Assembly: GCA_017624715.1 (NCBI GenBank)
Contig: JAGAMN010000009.1
Span: 23,182-87,181 of the forward strand
Reading direction: 5' to 3'
DNA length: 64,000 nt
Source of the DNA: Oscillospiraceae bacterium
GTDB taxonomy: Bacteria; Bacillota; Clostridia; Oscillospirales; Oscillospiraceae
A program made the position numbers and the translations under genes. Each line of letters opens with the position of its first letter. Position 1 is the stretch's first letter. The notes below the pieces were generated by a model, which saw nothing but the letters and a program-made list of their open reading frames with translations, was not told the origin of the DNA and did no database searches. Below are positions 8,889-18,522 of this stretch, one piece after another.

Positions 8889-9734
8889 TTAAACACCGGA
8901 GTATGCGGCGAAGCCGCAGTCGATGGGCAGAACAACGCCGGTGATGGCGGAAGCTGCCTTATCGTCGGTCAGGAAGAAGACACCGCCCAGGAGTTCAGCA
9001 GAGTCAACAAAGCGGCCCATGGGAGTGCCGTTCAGGATCTTGGCAGAACGGGCGGTAGGCGTGCCGTCCTCGTTAAACAGCAATGCTCTGTTCTGGTTGG
9101 ACACCAGGAAGCCGGGTGCAATGGCGTTGCAGCGGATGCCGGTGCCGGCAAAGTGCGTAGCCAGCCACTGAGTAAAGTTCGAAATACCGGCCTTGGCGGC
9201 GGAATAGGCAGGAATTTTGGTCAAAGGAATATAGGCATTCATGGAAGAAATGTTCAGAATGTTACCACTCTTGCGTGCTACCATGTCCTTGGCAAAGGTC
9301 TGGGTGGGCAGCAGAGTACCCTGGAAGTTCAGCTTAAACACGAAGTCCACACCGTTGGGATCCAGATCAAAGAAGGACTTGCCGCCCTCCTTGGCCTCGT
9401 GTTGGTACTCGTTATCGCAGGTGGCCCGGGGGTTATTGCCGCCGGCACCGTTTACCAGGATATCGCAGGGACCAAGGTCAGATAAGACCTGCTGGTGAAC
9501 CAACTCCAGCGCTTCGGCATCCAAAACATTGGCCTTGTAACCCTTACAGATAAAGCCTTCTGCGTTCAGTTCGTCAGCTAACTCGGTGACAGCTTCTTCA
9601 TTCAGATCCAGGGCAGCGACCTTTGCGCCAGCCTGCGCATAAGCACGGGCCATATCACCGCACAGAACTCCGCCTGCACCAGTGACAACCACTACCTTAC
9701 CGGTAAAATCAACGTTCAAGGGAAGATTCATCAT
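8889..9734 (-). CDS. uxuB: SDR-family D-mannonate oxidoreductase
   Basis: TGAGGVLC, NGAGGN, YSAAK; lies between uxuA and eda. Confidence 0.85.
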   Translation of the reverse strand: MMNLPLNVDFTGKVVVVTGAGGVLCGDMARAYAQAGAKVAALDLNEEAVTELADELNAEGFICKGYKANVLDAEALELVHQQVLSDLGPCDILVNGAGGNNPRATCDNEYQHEAKEGGKSFFDLDPNGVDFVFKLNFQGTLLPTQTFAKDMVARKSGNILNISSMNAYIPLTKIPAYSAAKAGISNFTQWLATHFAGTGIRCNAIAPGFLVSNQNRALLFNEDGTPTARSAKILNGTPMGRFVDSAELLGGVFFLTDDKAASAITGVVLPIDCGFAAYSGV

Positions 9735-9751
9735 GTTATATTACCTCCAAG

Positions 9752-10840
9752 TTATTTATTGTTCAGCTTGTCCAACAAATCCCACACACCCAGCATATAC
9801 ATGATACCCAGGGCACGGTCATACAAACCATAGCCGGGGCGGACATTGCCGGGGCCTTCGTTCCACAGGTGGCGGCCATGGTCGGGACGGATATAGCCCT
9901 CAAAGCCACAGTCGTGGTAAGCCTTCAATATGTCCAGAATACCGGTGTCACCGTCACAGTCACGATGGGATGCTTCGGAGAAGTCTCCGTTTTCGAAATG
10001 CTTGACGTTCCGGATATGGGCAAAGGCGATGCGGTGGCAATGCTTGCGGACGATATCGGCAACATTGTTATTGGGGTCGGCGTTCAGACTGCCGGAGCAC
10101 AGGGTAAGACAGTTACAGGGGTGATCAACCATCTTCAGGAAACGGTCAATGTTTGCTTCGTTGATTAGCAGTCTGGGCAGGCCGAAAATGTCCCAAGGAG
10201 GATCGTCCATATGAATGGCCATCTTCATGCCGCACTCCTCACAGGTGGGCATAATGGCTTCCAGGAAGTACTTGAGGTTAGCCCAGAGCTTTTCGTGGTC
10301 AACATCAGCATAGGCCTTAAATAGTTCATCCAACTTTGCCATACGCTCAGGTTCCCATCCCGGGAAGGACATATTGTACTTCTCGGTAAAGTCCAGAATG
10401 TACTTTGCCATGGCATTATAATCATCCTGGATCATGCCCTTTTCGTAAAATAGAGCGGTAGAGCCGTCGCCAACCTCATGGAAGAGGTTGGAGCGAGTCC
10501 AGTCGAAGATAGGCATAAAGTTGTAGCAGATGACCTTGACACCGTACTTGCTGAGGTTGCGGATGCACTGCTTGTAATTTTCAATGTACTGATCCCGGGT
10601 GGGCAGGCCGATCTTGATATCGTCGTGGACATTGACGGACTCAACAACATCACCGTTGAAGCCATGGGCATGAAGCTGATCCATCACTTCAGCAATCTCA
10701 TGCTCTTCCCAGATTTCACCGGGCATTTTGTGGTGCAGTGCCCAGACGATGCTGGTCACGCCGGGGATCTGCTTTATGTCGGAAAGTTTGATTTTGTCAT
10801 TGCCTTCGCCGTACCAGCGAAAGCCCATTTGCATTGGCAT
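9752..10840 (-). CDS. uxuA: Mannonate dehydratase
   Basis: FRWYG, VESVNVH, CYNFMPIFDWTR, RPDHG, PGYGLYDRALG. Confidence 0.95.
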   Translation of the reverse strand: MPMQMGFRWYGEGNDKIKLSDIKQIPGVTSIVWALHHKMPGEIWEEHEIAEVMDQLHAHGFNGDVVESVNVHDDIKIGLPTRDQYIENYKQCIRNLSKYGVKVICYNFMPIFDWTRSNLFHEVGDGSTALFYEKGMIQDDYNAMAKYILDFTEKYNMSFPGWEPERMAKLDELFKAYADVDHEKLWANLKYFLEAIMPTCEECGMKMAIHMDDPPWDIFGLPRLLINEANIDRFLKMVDHPCNCLTLCSGSLNADPNNNVADIVRKHCHRIAFAHIRNVKHFENGDFSEASHRDCDGDTGILDILKAYHDCGFEGYIRPDHGRHLWNEGPGNVRPGYGLYDRALGIMYMLGVWDLLDKLNNK

Positions 10841-10859
10841 AGTTTGTTTCCTCCCTATG

Positions 10860-10905
10860 ATTGTATTACAGGTATATGATAACGTTTATGTTCAGTATTT
10901 GCAAG
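10860..10905 (-). promoter_or_regulatory. uxuA promoter (TTGCAA-17-TATCAT) with downstream palindrome TGTAATACA (possible GntR-type operator)
   Basis: Motifs read on the minus strand; operator role is inferred. Confidence 0.45.
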
Positions 10906-10979
10906 TAAAATATTAATTTCAAGCCCCTAATATCAAGAAAAATGCGAAAAAGGAGAAGAGACGCTCCACAGGGTATCGC

Positions 10980-11115
10980 TTCTTTTTGGTGGGCGAGGCG
11001 CAGCCTTGTTTGCGTTTTCGTCCGGGAATGGACGAAAACTAAGGTGTTGCCGCCGTCCAGCCGTCGGCAAGCAGATGTCCACCGGACATCTGCATCTAGA
11101 TGATTCAAGTCCCGC
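10980..11115 (-). repeat. Structured multi-hairpin element, copy 2, downstream of tRNA-Leu with a duplicated tRNA 3' end
   Basis: 21-bp direct repeat 10980-11000 = 11149-11169; hairpins 11014-11039, 11047-11070 and 11071-11093; mirrored T-arm ttcaagtcccgc at 11104-11115. Confidence 0.8.
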
Positions 11116-11155
11116 ATATCAAAAAGAAAGACATGCAAACGCATGTCTTTCTTTT

Positions 11156-11243
11156 TGGTGGGCGAGGCGGGACTTGAACCCGCACGTCCGTAATGGACAC
11201 TAGAACCTGAATCTAGCGAGTCTACCAATTCCACCACTCGCCC
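11156..11243 (-). tRNA. tRNA-Leu(CAG)
   Basis: gggcgagtggtggaattggtagac..ctaga-ttCAGgt-tctag..ggttcaagtcccgcctcgcccacca; long variable arm. Confidence 0.97.
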
Positions 11244-11268
11244 ATAAATATGTAATTAAGAAAGAAAA

Positions 11269-11356
11269 TGGTGGGCGAGGCGGGACTTGAACCCGCACGT
11301 CCGTAATGGACACTAGAACCTGAATCTAGCGAGTCTACCAATTCCACCACTCGCCC
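11269..11356 (-). tRNA. tRNA-Leu(CAG), identical tandem copy
   Basis: Same 88-nt sequence, separated by a 25-bp spacer. Confidence 0.97.
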
Positions 11357-11451
11357 ATTTTCATTCCATGGTTGCTTCCGCAAACCGCTTTGCTATGATA
11401 GCACGCATAGCTCGCTTTGTCAACAACTTTTTACGGATTTTGCAAAAGTTT

Positions 11452-11646
11452 TTAATCCTTATAATACAGCATGCAATGGCAGTAACCTTTGAAGTTAGGA
11501 TCTGCAATCTGCTGCCGAAATTCCTCACAAATGCACTTATTCTCTTCCGTGCGCTGAAGGCGGCAAGGGCAATATCCGCCGGTGCGCTTTAAACCCTCTT
11601 TAATGGAGGCAACCATTTCTTTGTCTTCGTTGAGTCTGACAGCCAT
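11452..11646 (-). CDS. Ferredoxin-thioredoxin reductase catalytic beta chain-like small protein
   Basis: GYCPCR..KCICEEF..CHCMLY motif. Confidence 0.85.
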   Translation of the reverse strand: MAVRLNEDKEMVASIKEGLKRTGGYCPCRLQRTEENKCICEEFRQQIADPNFKGYCHCMLYYKD

Positions 11647-11690
11647 ATAAAGCACTTCCTTCCTGAAATTATTATACCGCTTATGTCAAG

Positions 11691-11726
11691 GGGATTGCCA
11701 CGTCGCCTGCGGCTCCTCGCAATGAC
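11691..11726. repeat. REP-like short palindromic element
   Basis: gggattgccacgtcgcctgcggctcctcgcaatgac: gattgc/gcaat flanks; resembles a widespread intergenic repeat type; single copy in this window. Confidence 0.5.
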
Positions 11727-11800
11727 CAGTATAAAGATTGACACTTCCCTTTTGGTAAAACAGATGTTATAATGACAAAAAGAATGTTTGGAGGTTTCAT

Positions 11801-13693
11801 ATGGCCTTTCTACCTATCTGCAAACAAGACATGATCGATCGGGGCTGGGAAAGTTGCGATTTTGTATATGTTATTGGTGATGCCTATGTGGATCACCACT
11901 CTTTCGGTCATGCGATTATCAGCCGTGTATTGGAAAATCACGGATACAGTGTTGGTATCATCTCTCAACCCGACTGGAAGGATCCTAAGTCCATTGATAT
12001 ATACGGCCGCCCCAGACTGGGTTTCCTGGTGTCCGGCGGTAATATGGATTCTATGGTGAACCACTATTCTGTAACCAAGCATAAGCGCAAAACGGATGCT
12101 TTTACACCCGGTGGTGTTATGGGCAAGCGGCCGGACTATGCAACGGTTGTTTACTGCAACTTGATCCGTCAGACGTACAAGGATGTGCCGATCCTCATTG
12201 GTGGCATTGAAGCCAGCCTGCGGCGATTGGGTCATTACGATTACTGGTCTGAGACTATGAAGCGGTCCATCCTGCTGGACAGTCAGGCAGACCTTCTCAT
12301 GTACGGTATGGGTGAAAAGAGCATCGTGGAGATCGCTGACGCGCTGAATGCCGGTATGGATGTGAAGGATATCACCTACATTGACGGAACGGTGTTCAAG
12401 ACCACTGAGCTGGATAACAGCCTGCCCACAATTACCCTGCCCAGCTTTGATGAGGTGAAGGCCAATCGGCGGCGGTATGCGGAGTCCTTTAAGATCCAGT
12501 ACGGCAACTGTGATCCCTTTACTGCAAAACGGTTAGCGGAGCCCTATGGCAATCTGTTTGTAGTGCAGAACCCTCCCCAGAAGCCTCTGACGACTGAGGA
12601 AATGGATGCGGTATACGAACTGCCATATATGCGGACATGGCACCCCAGCTATGCCAAGGCCGGTGGTGTGCCGGCCATTGAGGAAGTCAAGTTCAGCCTG
12701 GTGTCCAACCGGGGCTGCTTTGGCGCATGCTCATTCTGTGCGCTGACATTCCACCAGGGACGGATCATTCAGACCAGAAGCCATGAGTCTATTATCCGGG
12801 AAGCGGAGATCATGGCCAAGGACAAAGATTTTAAGGGCTATATTCACGATGTGGGCGGCCCGACTGCGAACTTTCGGCATCCCGCCTGTGAAAAGCAGCT
12901 GACCAAGGGGGCTTGCGGCGGTCGGCAATGCCTGTTCCCCACACCGTGCAAAAATATGAAAGCGGATCATTCCGATTATGTTGCGCTGCTGCGGAAGCTG
13001 CGGAAAATCTCCGGTGTGAAGAAAGTATTTGTCCGCAGCGGTATTCGCTTTGACTATCTGATGGCGGATAAGAAGGATACTTTCTTTAAGGAATTGGTTC
13101 AGTTCCATATTTCCGGTCAGCTGAAGGTTGCGCCGGAACATGTGTCTGATGCTGTGCTGGATCGAATGGGTAAGCCCAGAAATGCTGTTTACAATCGGTT
13201 TGTGGACAAGTACTGGGCGTTGAACAAGCAGTATGGTATGAATCAGTATTTGGTGCCTTATCTCATGTCCAGCCATCCCGGTTCGACCTTGAAAGAAGCC
13301 ATTGAATTGGCGGAGTACATTCGAGAGATGGGATACAACCCGGAACAGGTACAGGACTTCTACCCCACGCCCTCTACCCTTTCCACGGTGATGTATTACA
13401 CCGGGTTTGATCCCCGGACCATGGAGAAGGTATATGTACCCACCGATCCACACGAAAAGGCCATGCAGCGGGCACTGATCCAGTACCGGAATCCTAAGAA
13501 TTACTATTTGGTGCGTGAAGCACTGCTGAAGGCCCACCGGGAAGATTTGATCGGTTCCGGACCCAAGTGTCTGATCCGAGCTGTGCCGCCCCGACAGGGT
13601 AAGCCCACCACTCCCCCACCGAAAATGCCGGCAAAAGGCAAAGTACCGGGCAAAAAACCATCCGTCGGTAAGAAGCCGACCAAGAGAAGATGA
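11801..13693 (+). CDS. ygiQ: YgiQ-family radical SAM protein
   Basis: [40 protein letters not shown]. Confidence 0.93.
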   Translation: MAFLPICKQDMIDRGWESCDFVYVIGDAYVDHHSFGHAIISRVLENHGYSVGIISQPDWKDPKSIDIYGRPRLGFLVSGGNMDSMVNHYSVTKHKRKTDAFTPGGVMGKRPDYATVVYCNLIRQTYKDVPILIGGIEASLRRLGHYDYWSETMKRSILLDSQADLLMYGMGEKSIVEIADALNAGMDVKDITYIDGTVFKTTELDNSLPTITLPSFDEVKANRRRYAESFKIQYGNCDPFTAKRLAEPYGNLFVVQNPPQKPLTTEEMDAVYELPYMRTWHPSYAKAGGVPAIEEVKFSLVSNRGCFGACSFCALTFHQGRIIQTRSHESIIREAEIMAKDKDFKGYIHDVGGPTANFRHPACEKQLTKGACGGRQCLFPTPCKNMKADHSDYVALLRKLRKISGVKKVFVRSGIRFDYLMADKKDTFFKELVQFHISGQLKVAPEHVSDAVLDRMGKPRNAVYNRFVDKYWALNKQYGMNQYLVPYLMSSHPGSTLKEAIELAEYIREMGYNPEQVQDFYPTPSTLSTVMYYTGFDPRTMEKVYVPTDPHEKAMQRALIQYRNPKNYYLVREALLKAHREDLIGSGPKCLIRAVPPRQGKPTTPPPKMPAKGKVPGKKPSVGKKPTKRR

Positions 13694-13698
13694 GACGC

Positions 13699-13731
13699 AG
13701 TCAACCCCGGTATTCCGGGGTTGACTTTTTT
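13699..13731 (+). terminator. Rho-independent terminator
   Basis: agtcaaccccgg/ccggggttgact plus T tract. Confidence 0.85.
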
Positions 13732-13791
13732 GGTATGAAGTTACTTCCTTGCCCATAGGATGTTCCATACAACTGACTTTGAGGTGGTACT

Positions 13792-14400
13792 ATGGAACAT
13801 ACGAACAATCAGATCACATTACGAGGCACATTGGCAACACTGCCGGAGTTTTCGCACGAAAATCACGGGCGGCGATTTTACCGGTTCTATCTTGAGGTGC
13901 CCCGATTATCCGGTGCTGTAGACATGCTTCCGGTGGTGGCGGAAGAACATGTATTAAATGAGATGGATCTTTCCGGCGGTGAAATGCTGACAGTTACGGG
14001 GCAAGTGCGGACGCACAACAGCCGAACAGATGGCGTTCGGCGCTTGCTGATCTTTGTATATGCCATGCGCATTGAGGCAGAAGACGGCGAGCCAATTAAC
14101 GATGTGCAGCTGGATGGACTAATTTGCAAGGAGCCTGTTTATCGGAGGACGCCGCTGGGTCGGGAAATCTGCGATGTGATGCTGGCCGTCCCGAGGGGCT
14201 TTCATAGGGCGGATTATCTGCCCTGTATTCTTTGGGGTCGGACCGCTCAGGAGATCGCTCAGCTGGATGTTCGGGACGGCGTGCGGATCGTTGGTCGCCT
14301 GCAAAGCCGGGTGTATACGAAAGTGACGGAGGAAGGCCCTCAGGAACGGACGGCCTATGAAATTTCTGCATTGACGGCAGAGGTCAACGAAGAACAATAA
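13792..14400 (+). CDS. ssb: Tandem OB-fold single-stranded DNA-binding protein (clostridial second SSB)
   Basis: FSHE..RLSG..GQVR, then RRTPLGREICD..DYLPCILWGR..GRLQSR..AYEIS. Confidence 0.88.
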   Translation: MEHTNNQITLRGTLATLPEFSHENHGRRFYRFYLEVPRLSGAVDMLPVVAEEHVLNEMDLSGGEMLTVTGQVRTHNSRTDGVRRLLIFVYAMRIEAEDGEPINDVQLDGLICKEPVYRRTPLGREICDVMLAVPRGFHRADYLPCILWGRTAQEIAQLDVRDGVRIVGRLQSRVYTKVTEEGPQERTAYEISALTAEVNEEQ

Positions 14401-14465
14401 CAAAAACTGCTTCTTTTCAAGTCTTCTTTTTTGTGCTATAATGGCGCAAAAGGAGGCGAAATGGG

Positions 14466-15098
14466 TTGAAAGAAAAAGTATCTGCCATTATTGGCGCACT
14501 GAAGGAAAAATATCCGGTAGCGCCCTGCGCCCTGCATTACAGCAAGGACTATGAACTAATGATCGCTGTGCGGCTCTCAGCTCAATGCACAGACGCCAGA
14601 GTAAACTTGGTAACACCGGCCCTGTTTAAAGCTTATCCCACCCTGGAGGCCATGGCAGCGGCTGATATCAACCACGTTGAGGAGCTGGTACACTCCTGCG
14701 GTTTTTATAAACACAAGGCTAGAGATATTGTTTTGGGCTGCCAAATGCTGATCCGCGATTACGACGGAAAAGTTCCTGGAACAATGGAAGAGCTTCTGCG
14801 GATTCCCGGTGTTGGACGAAAGACTGCTAATCTGTTACTGGGCGATCTTTACGGTGTGCCCGGAAGCGTTGTCTGTGATACGCACTGCATCCGTATCTGT
14901 GGAAAACTGGGTCTATCCAAAGGCAAAGAGCCGGAAAAGGTTGAACAGCAGCTTCGGGCCATCCTGCCGCCGGAGGAAAGTTCGGATTTTTGCCACAGAA
15001 TCGTGTTGTTTGGCCGGGAGGTTTGTATCGCCAGAAACCCCAAATGCGATGAGTGCCCCTTGGCGCTGTGGTGCGATGAAGTTAACCGAACCGAATAA
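14466..15098 (+). CDS. nth: Endonuclease III
   Basis: LSAQCTD, HhH IPGVGRKTAN, C-x6-C-x2-C-x5-C FeS motif. Confidence 0.95.
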   Translation: MKEKVSAIIGALKEKYPVAPCALHYSKDYELMIAVRLSAQCTDARVNLVTPALFKAYPTLEAMAAADINHVEELVHSCGFYKHKARDIVLGCQMLIRDYDGKVPGTMEELLRIPGVGRKTANLLLGDLYGVPGSVVCDTHCIRICGKLGLSKGKEPEKVEQQLRAILPPEESSDFCHRIVLFGREVCIARNPKCDECPLALWCDEVNRTE

Positions 15099-15154
15099 GT
15101 GCGTTCTATCTTCCCTTCTTGTCCGCATAGACTGTGGACAAGGAGGGATTTGTT

Positions 15155-16639
15155 TTGCGTAGGAAAATGCCGATATTTTACAGCGCCTTGATGCTGACCG
15201 GCGTCAATCTGCTGCTGCGGTTGGTGGGAACTTCCTTCCAGGTTTACTTAAGCGGGCGGATCGGTGCGGAGGGTATTGGTTTGCTGCAATTGACCATGTC
15301 AGTAGGTGTAATGGCAATGGTGGCAGGGATGGGCGGTATTCGGACAGCGACAATGTATCTGACTGCGGAGGAATTGGGACGGGGCCGGCACAAGAATGTG
15401 ACTTGGGTGCTGTCAGGATGTTTGCTATACAGTATTCTGTTTAGTGGCTCGGTTGGGTTTCTTGTGTACATGCTTGCACCGATGATCGCCACAAATTGGA
15501 TCGGAAATGCGGAGATCATTGGAGCGCTGCGACTGTATGCGGTGTTTCTGCCGGTAAGCTGCCTTTGCGGTGTGATGACCGGATACTTCACAGGAGCGAA
15601 CCGGATCGGAACCCTTGCGGCAGTCGAGGTTGTGGAGCAGCTGTTTTCCATGGTCTGCACAGTTCTGCTTTTGACTCTATGGGCAGGACATGATCCGGTG
15701 AGGTCTTGCAAGGCGGTAATATTGGGAGGCTGCCTTGGGGCTTGTATGACCTTAATTGCCCTTTTGATTTTACGGGCACGGGAGCATCCGGAAACAGGAA
15801 AGCGGATTCCGGTAGCCAATAGGCTGGCGCAGACGGCGCTTCCCCTGGCGGTGGCAGATGATTTGCGAACCGGAATCAGTACGGTGGAAAATCTGATGGT
15901 GCCGAAACGGCTGGCGCTATATCCCGGTACGGCATCTGCATTGGCAGACTTCGGTGTGGTAAGCGGTATGGTATTTCCGGTACTGATGTTCCCGGCGGCG
16001 ATCCTTTTCGGACTGACGGAGCTTCTCATTCCGGAACTTGCCCGGTGTCATGCGGCCGGAAGTCATATGCGAATACGGTATTTGGTGCGAAAAAGTTTAC
16101 GTGTGGCGCTGCTGTATGGGGCGTTATGCGGTGGCATCATGTTTCTTTGTGCTGATGATTTGGGGATTGGACTATATCAAAACGCGGATGCAGGACGGTA
16201 TCTGAAATGGTTTTCGCTGCTTGCCATTATGCTATACCTGGATGCTGTAACGGATGCTATGATCAAAGGCTTGGGAGAGCAAAAAGCTTCTGTCCGTTAC
16301 AACATCATTACCAACACTATGGATGTAATTTGTCTGTTCATACTGTTACCCAAATTTGGAATCTTCGGATATTTTATCAGCTTTTTAGTGACCCACGCGG
16401 TGAATTTCTACTTAAGTTTGCGCCGTTTGCTGATGATTGGCAAGGTGAGCATCTCCCCTATCCGGGCGGTTTTAAGTTTCCTGTGCGTCGTTGGGGCGAT
16501 TATGGTATGCAGTACAATAGACGGAGCTTGGTTCCGGGGCTTTGGATTCGCAGTGCTCTTTACATGTCTGCTGTTTGCAACCGGTGTGCTGACAAAGGCA
16601 GATGTGCTGTGGGCAAAAGGCTTAATATACAAAAAATGA
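15155..16639 (+). CDS. spoVB: SpoVB-like MurJ/MOP-family flippase
   Basis: GRIGAEGIGL, multi-TM; sigmaE-like CATAGACT at 15126; TTG start behind RBS aggagg. Confidence 0.75.
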   Translation: MRRKMPIFYSALMLTGVNLLLRLVGTSFQVYLSGRIGAEGIGLLQLTMSVGVMAMVAGMGGIRTATMYLTAEELGRGRHKNVTWVLSGCLLYSILFSGSVGFLVYMLAPMIATNWIGNAEIIGALRLYAVFLPVSCLCGVMTGYFTGANRIGTLAAVEVVEQLFSMVCTVLLLTLWAGHDPVRSCKAVILGGCLGACMTLIALLILRAREHPETGKRIPVANRLAQTALPLAVADDLRTGISTVENLMVPKRLALYPGTASALADFGVVSGMVFPVLMFPAAILFGLTELLIPELARCHAAGSHMRIRYLVRKSLRVALLYGALCGGIMFLCADDLGIGLYQNADAGRYLKWFSLLAIMLYLDAVTDAMIKGLGEQKASVRYNIITNTMDVICLFILLPKFGIFGYFISFLVTHAVNFYLSLRRLLMIGKVSISPIRAVLSFLCVVGAIMVCSTIDGAWFRGFGFAVLFTCLLFATGVLTKADVLWAKGLIYKK

Positions 16640-16661
16640 CCTGCCGATGCAGGTCATTTTT
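16631..16661. terminator. Bidirectional terminator
   Basis: aaaaatgacctgc/gcaggtcattttt IR between convergent genes. Confidence 0.8.
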
Positions 16662-16663
16662 CT

Positions 16664-18106
16664 TTACATTTTTTTGAGTGTTTCCAGCAGGAATTGCCAG
16701 GTGCGAACAGTTGAAGCAATATTCAGCTTTTCGCGGCTGGTGTGGATATCCTGCATATCAGGCCCGATGGAAACGCAATCCAGCCCCGGGAGTTTTTCAC
16801 TTAGCAAACCACATTCCAGGCCTGCGTGAATGGCCACAACCGCCGGTTCTTTATCGAACATTTCCTTAAAAGTACGAACCATTGTTTCACGTAAGGGAGA
16901 ATCCTTACGGTATTCCCAGGCAGGATAATCGCCCATTTCGCTGTAGGAACCGTCATAGAACTTGGCAAGCTCCTCCAGTCTGGAAAGCAGCTCCCGCTTT
17001 TCAGCGTTAACACTGCTGCGAACGGCAAAGGTCATTGTCAAATTTTCGTCAAGATTCACTACACCCAGGTTCAAACTGGTTTGCACCAGGCCTGGAATGT
17101 CCTGGCTCCATGCCTGGACACCATTGGGCGCAGCATTTAAAAGGGCGATGACCTTTGCGGTTTCTTCGGTAGTCAAGGCGTTTCCACCCAGAGCATCCAC
17201 ATCATCACCGCGGACGATGGCATCGGGTTCATCGTATTGGCTGCGGATCTCTTCCTGAAGCTGAGCAGCCACATCGTTGATCCGCTCAATATACATACCC
17301 AAAGGTACCAAGGTGACCTGGCAGGATCTGGGAATGGCATTATCTTTGGCGCCGCCTTGAAGCTTGGTGATGCACAGAGGCATCAGCTTCTGGACACGGC
17401 TCAGGAATTCGCCCATGACCTTATTGGCATTTGCCCGATTCTTGTGGATCTCCACACCGGAATGGCCGCCCTGCAGACCATCGACGGTCAAGCGTACACA
17501 CGGGCCATAGACCATACGGCGCTGCAGCGGTACAGTGATCGTGCCTCTGGCACCGCCGGCACAGGAAACGGTGAAAACGCCCTCATCTTCGGAATCCAGG
17601 TTGATAAGTGTGCGGCCTTTCAGCATGGACAGGTCCACACCGGCAGCGCCCTCCATGCCGATCTCTTCGTCGACTGTAATGATGACTTCCAGAGGTGGGT
17701 GCGGAATGGTCCTATCTGCCAGCAGAGCCAGTGCATAAGCCACAGCGATGCCATTATCACCGCCTAGGGTCGTACCCTTGGCAAAGATGTTTTCACCGTC
17801 GTGGGCGATATCCAGGCCGTCAGTGTCCATGTTTATGGGGCAATCTTCGTCCTTTTCGCAGACCATATCCATGTGGCCCTGGAGAATTACGGGAGGATGG
17901 TCTTCATAGCCGCAGGTGCCCTCCTGAAACATCAGAACATTATTCAGTTCATCCTGGATATAGCGGATGTTATGAGACTCGGCAAATGCAACTAAATAGT
18001 CACTGATCCGCTTTGTATTGTGAGATCCATGGGGAATGGCACAGATCTCTTCAAAATATGCAAAAACAGATGCAGGCTCCAGACCTGCCAACTTGACGGG
18101 ATTCAT
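16664..18106 (-). CDS. pepD: Aminoacyl-histidine dipeptidase (M20C)
   Basis: LQGHMDMV, GGDNG, DEEIGM, GGHSG, HAGLECG. Confidence 0.93.
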   Translation of the reverse strand: MNPVKLAGLEPASVFAYFEEICAIPHGSHNTKRISDYLVAFAESHNIRYIQDELNNVLMFQEGTCGYEDHPPVILQGHMDMVCEKDEDCPINMDTDGLDIAHDGENIFAKGTTLGGDNGIAVAYALALLADRTIPHPPLEVIITVDEEIGMEGAAGVDLSMLKGRTLINLDSEDEGVFTVSCAGGARGTITVPLQRRMVYGPCVRLTVDGLQGGHSGVEIHKNRANANKVMGEFLSRVQKLMPLCITKLQGGAKDNAIPRSCQVTLVPLGMYIERINDVAAQLQEEIRSQYDEPDAIVRGDDVDALGGNALTTEETAKVIALLNAAPNGVQAWSQDIPGLVQTSLNLGVVNLDENLTMTFAVRSSVNAEKRELLSRLEELAKFYDGSYSEMGDYPAWEYRKDSPLRETMVRTFKEMFDKEPAVVAIHAGLECGLLSEKLPGLDCVSIGPDMQDIHTSREKLNIASTVRTWQFLLETLKKM

Positions 18107-18201
18107 AATATGCCCTCCTTTTTGTTTGGGTTATCGTATCATATTCCTAAGCAAAAGTCCATAAAAATAACCACAGGGACAGGCCCTGTGGTTAGATTTT
18201 A

Positions 18202-18438
18202 TTAGGGAATCATGCTCAGAGACAGGGTCAGCAGAACCCAAGCCAATGCGAGCCACTTGGTGGCGGCAGACAGGCCCTTATCAAAGTTGCCGAACTTGCT
18301 CTTGCTCAGGTAGGAATCGTTCTTACCGCTGATGGCACCCAGGCCGGCTTCCTTACCGGACTGCAGGGAAATAACGACGATCAGAGCAAGACTGGCCAGA
18401 ACCTCTAAGATAATAATGGTGAGCTTATACCAAGGCAT
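18202..18438 (-). CDS. secG: Preprotein translocase subunit SecG
   Basis: Two TM helices around LQSGKEAGLGAISG; RBS ggagg. Confidence 0.9.
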   Translation of the reverse strand: MPWYKLTIIILEVLASLALIVVISLQSGKEAGLGAISGKNDSYLSKSKFGNFDKGLSAATKWLALAWVLLTLSLSMIP

Positions 18439-18522
18439 AATTTTAACCTCCCTCCACGGGTTTATCACAAATCTTGGTGATTATAGCACAAAGATTTGGA
18501 AATTTCAAGTATTTTCGAGAAT

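Noticed and set aside
8250-10840. uxu operon lacking kdgK and uxaC as a novel pathway
   Set aside because: These genes are often encoded elsewhere; cannot be judged from one window.
10866-11237. 123-aa ORF
   Set aside because: Reads through tRNA-Leu and the hairpin element; spurious.
10980-11356. Three copies of tggtgggcgaggcg as a CRISPR array or prophage att sites
   Set aside because: They are tRNA-Leu 3' ends; spacing is irregular, and there is no cas gene, integrase or cargo.
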